A program made the position numbers and the translations under genes. Shown here piece after piece: positions 37,348-38,683 of a stretch of 38,683 bases of DNA (its first letter is position 1; each line of letters opens with the position of its first letter). The stretch lies in the NCBI RefSeq assembly GCF_001194135.2, contig NC_068986.1:62397178-62435860 (forward strand). Direction: 5' to 3'. The DNA comes from Octopus bimaculoides. Its lineage: Eukaryota. Below the pieces are notes generated by a model that was not told where the DNA came from, ran no database searches, and was given only the letters and a program-made list of their open reading frames with translations.

Positions 37348-38683
37348 ATATACGTTTATATATTCGCTTTGCAAGATTCTTAGTGTGAAATCATGTGTTG
37401 AAACAGATATTGTTGTATTTGGGGATGGTCATGTTGCCAGTTTAGACAATAAAAACACACGCACTATATATTTGGTGTTAATTTGCTTCAGCTTTATTTT
37501 ATTTTTTACATTAATTATATTTCGGCCAGAGTTCTTTCGTTACACTTCTGTGACCTCATCAGTGGTTCTTTGCTTTCTTCTTTCTTATTTGTGTGTCTTT
37601 CCTTACTAACAATCAGCCATTTTGTATTTTGTATTCCAATTGTATTTGTCTTTATTTGCGCATGCATATACCCCTATGTGTGTCTATGGGAGTGCCCATA
37701 TTATCTGTATCCCCTGTTTATACACATTCGTTTAATTTGTTTTTATTTATTTGATCATGTGTTTATACCTACTTATTATTTTTTTTTCTATTGTTTCTTT
37801 TTTTGTATTTAATTTAATTTAATTTTGTTAACGTATATAGTTATTTAATTCCATTTGTTGATCTGTATATTGTTTTATATTTTGTTTATATTGTTATCAG
37901 TTTATGGGGATCTTATTCTGTCATATGTTGTGGTGTGTTAGGGGTGTGTGCTAGTGTTCCATTCCAGTTTCCTATTCAGACTAGGTGTATCTTCTATTAT
38001 GTGTGTAGCTTCTGTAATTTGTCTAAGTGTTACATCTGCTCTATGTGTGGACAAGATTTTAACTTCTATGTTGTTGAGTGAGCACCAGTGTTCCTGCTCG
38101 GCATGCTGGTACAGAACCGATGAGCTCTTCTCTTCCTTTATACGTAACGATAGGAATGGGATTTGCCCACTCTATAGGAGCAAGTCATGGAACACCATTG
38201 AAAGGACTAAGAAAAAAATAGGGAAGGCCAGCTCATGGTATGATAGCCACAAATACCAGAGTGTCATGTTCGTCGACACCACACCTAGAGGTGAACTGGC
38301 ATACTGCTTTAGAAGGGCCCTAGCCAAACTTAAGCTAAGAATTGAGGTTGTTGAAAAGCCAGGCAACCCTATCAAATCCCTAATCGGTAGAACCTACCCT
38401 TTTAGTAGAACCCCTTGCACTGATAGGAACTGTACTGCATATAGATTTAGCTCACAAACAAACTGTAAAGCCAGAAATGTAGTCTATAGTATAAGATGTA
38501 CAGAGGGATGATGCAGTACAAGACAACGACGTACGTAGGGGAAAGGGGACGGAACATAGGAGAACGGGTAAATGAACATTGGAAGGTACTTAAGGAAGAG
38601 AAGAGCTCATTGGTTCTGTACCAGCATGCCGAGCAGGAACACGGGTGCTCACTCAACATAGAAGTTAAAATCAGATAATACAG
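37348..38683 (+). mobile_element. Penelope-like retroelement (same family), inverted 3' segment followed by forward linker/GIY-YIG region; runs off window
   Basis: Peptides VMFVDTTPRGELA..VVEKPGNPIKSL..PC..CKARNVVYSIRC and YVGERGRNIGERVNEHW..LYQHAEQEH. 37348-38138 is the 3' end of the family on the minus strand, and 38058-38138 is inverted relative to 38591-38672. Confidence 0.85.

Overview
AT-rich, repeat-dense animal genomic DNA with N-gaps; the SINE/RTE repeat families suggest an octopod cephalopod (inference). The window lies inside a large minus-strand gene encoding tandem calcium-binding EGF domains: three clean phase 1-1 exons (31894-32016, 8611-8730, 3544-3663) plus a fourth in-frame EGF exon lacking its AG acceptor (20637-20750). 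The most notable element is a complete 4.5-kb Transib/RAG1-like DNA transposon (21067-25595). It has CACATTG-initiated 19-bp TIRs, a perfect 5-bp CCATG target-site duplication, and a decayed ~717-codon transposase retaining RAG1-like NBD, DDE, zinc-binding and CxxCxxxGH C-terminal-tail motifs. No RAG2-like partner is visible, but a possible divergent second reading frame is. The introns also contain a canonical type I hammerhead ribozyme (32819-32861), two Penelope-like elements with inverted ends, a ~4.1-kb RTE/Penelope fold-back, two mariner relics (one a fold-back), a fold-back MITE interrupted by a Helitron-like element, and many RTE LINE fragments, tRNA-derived SINEs and microsatellites.
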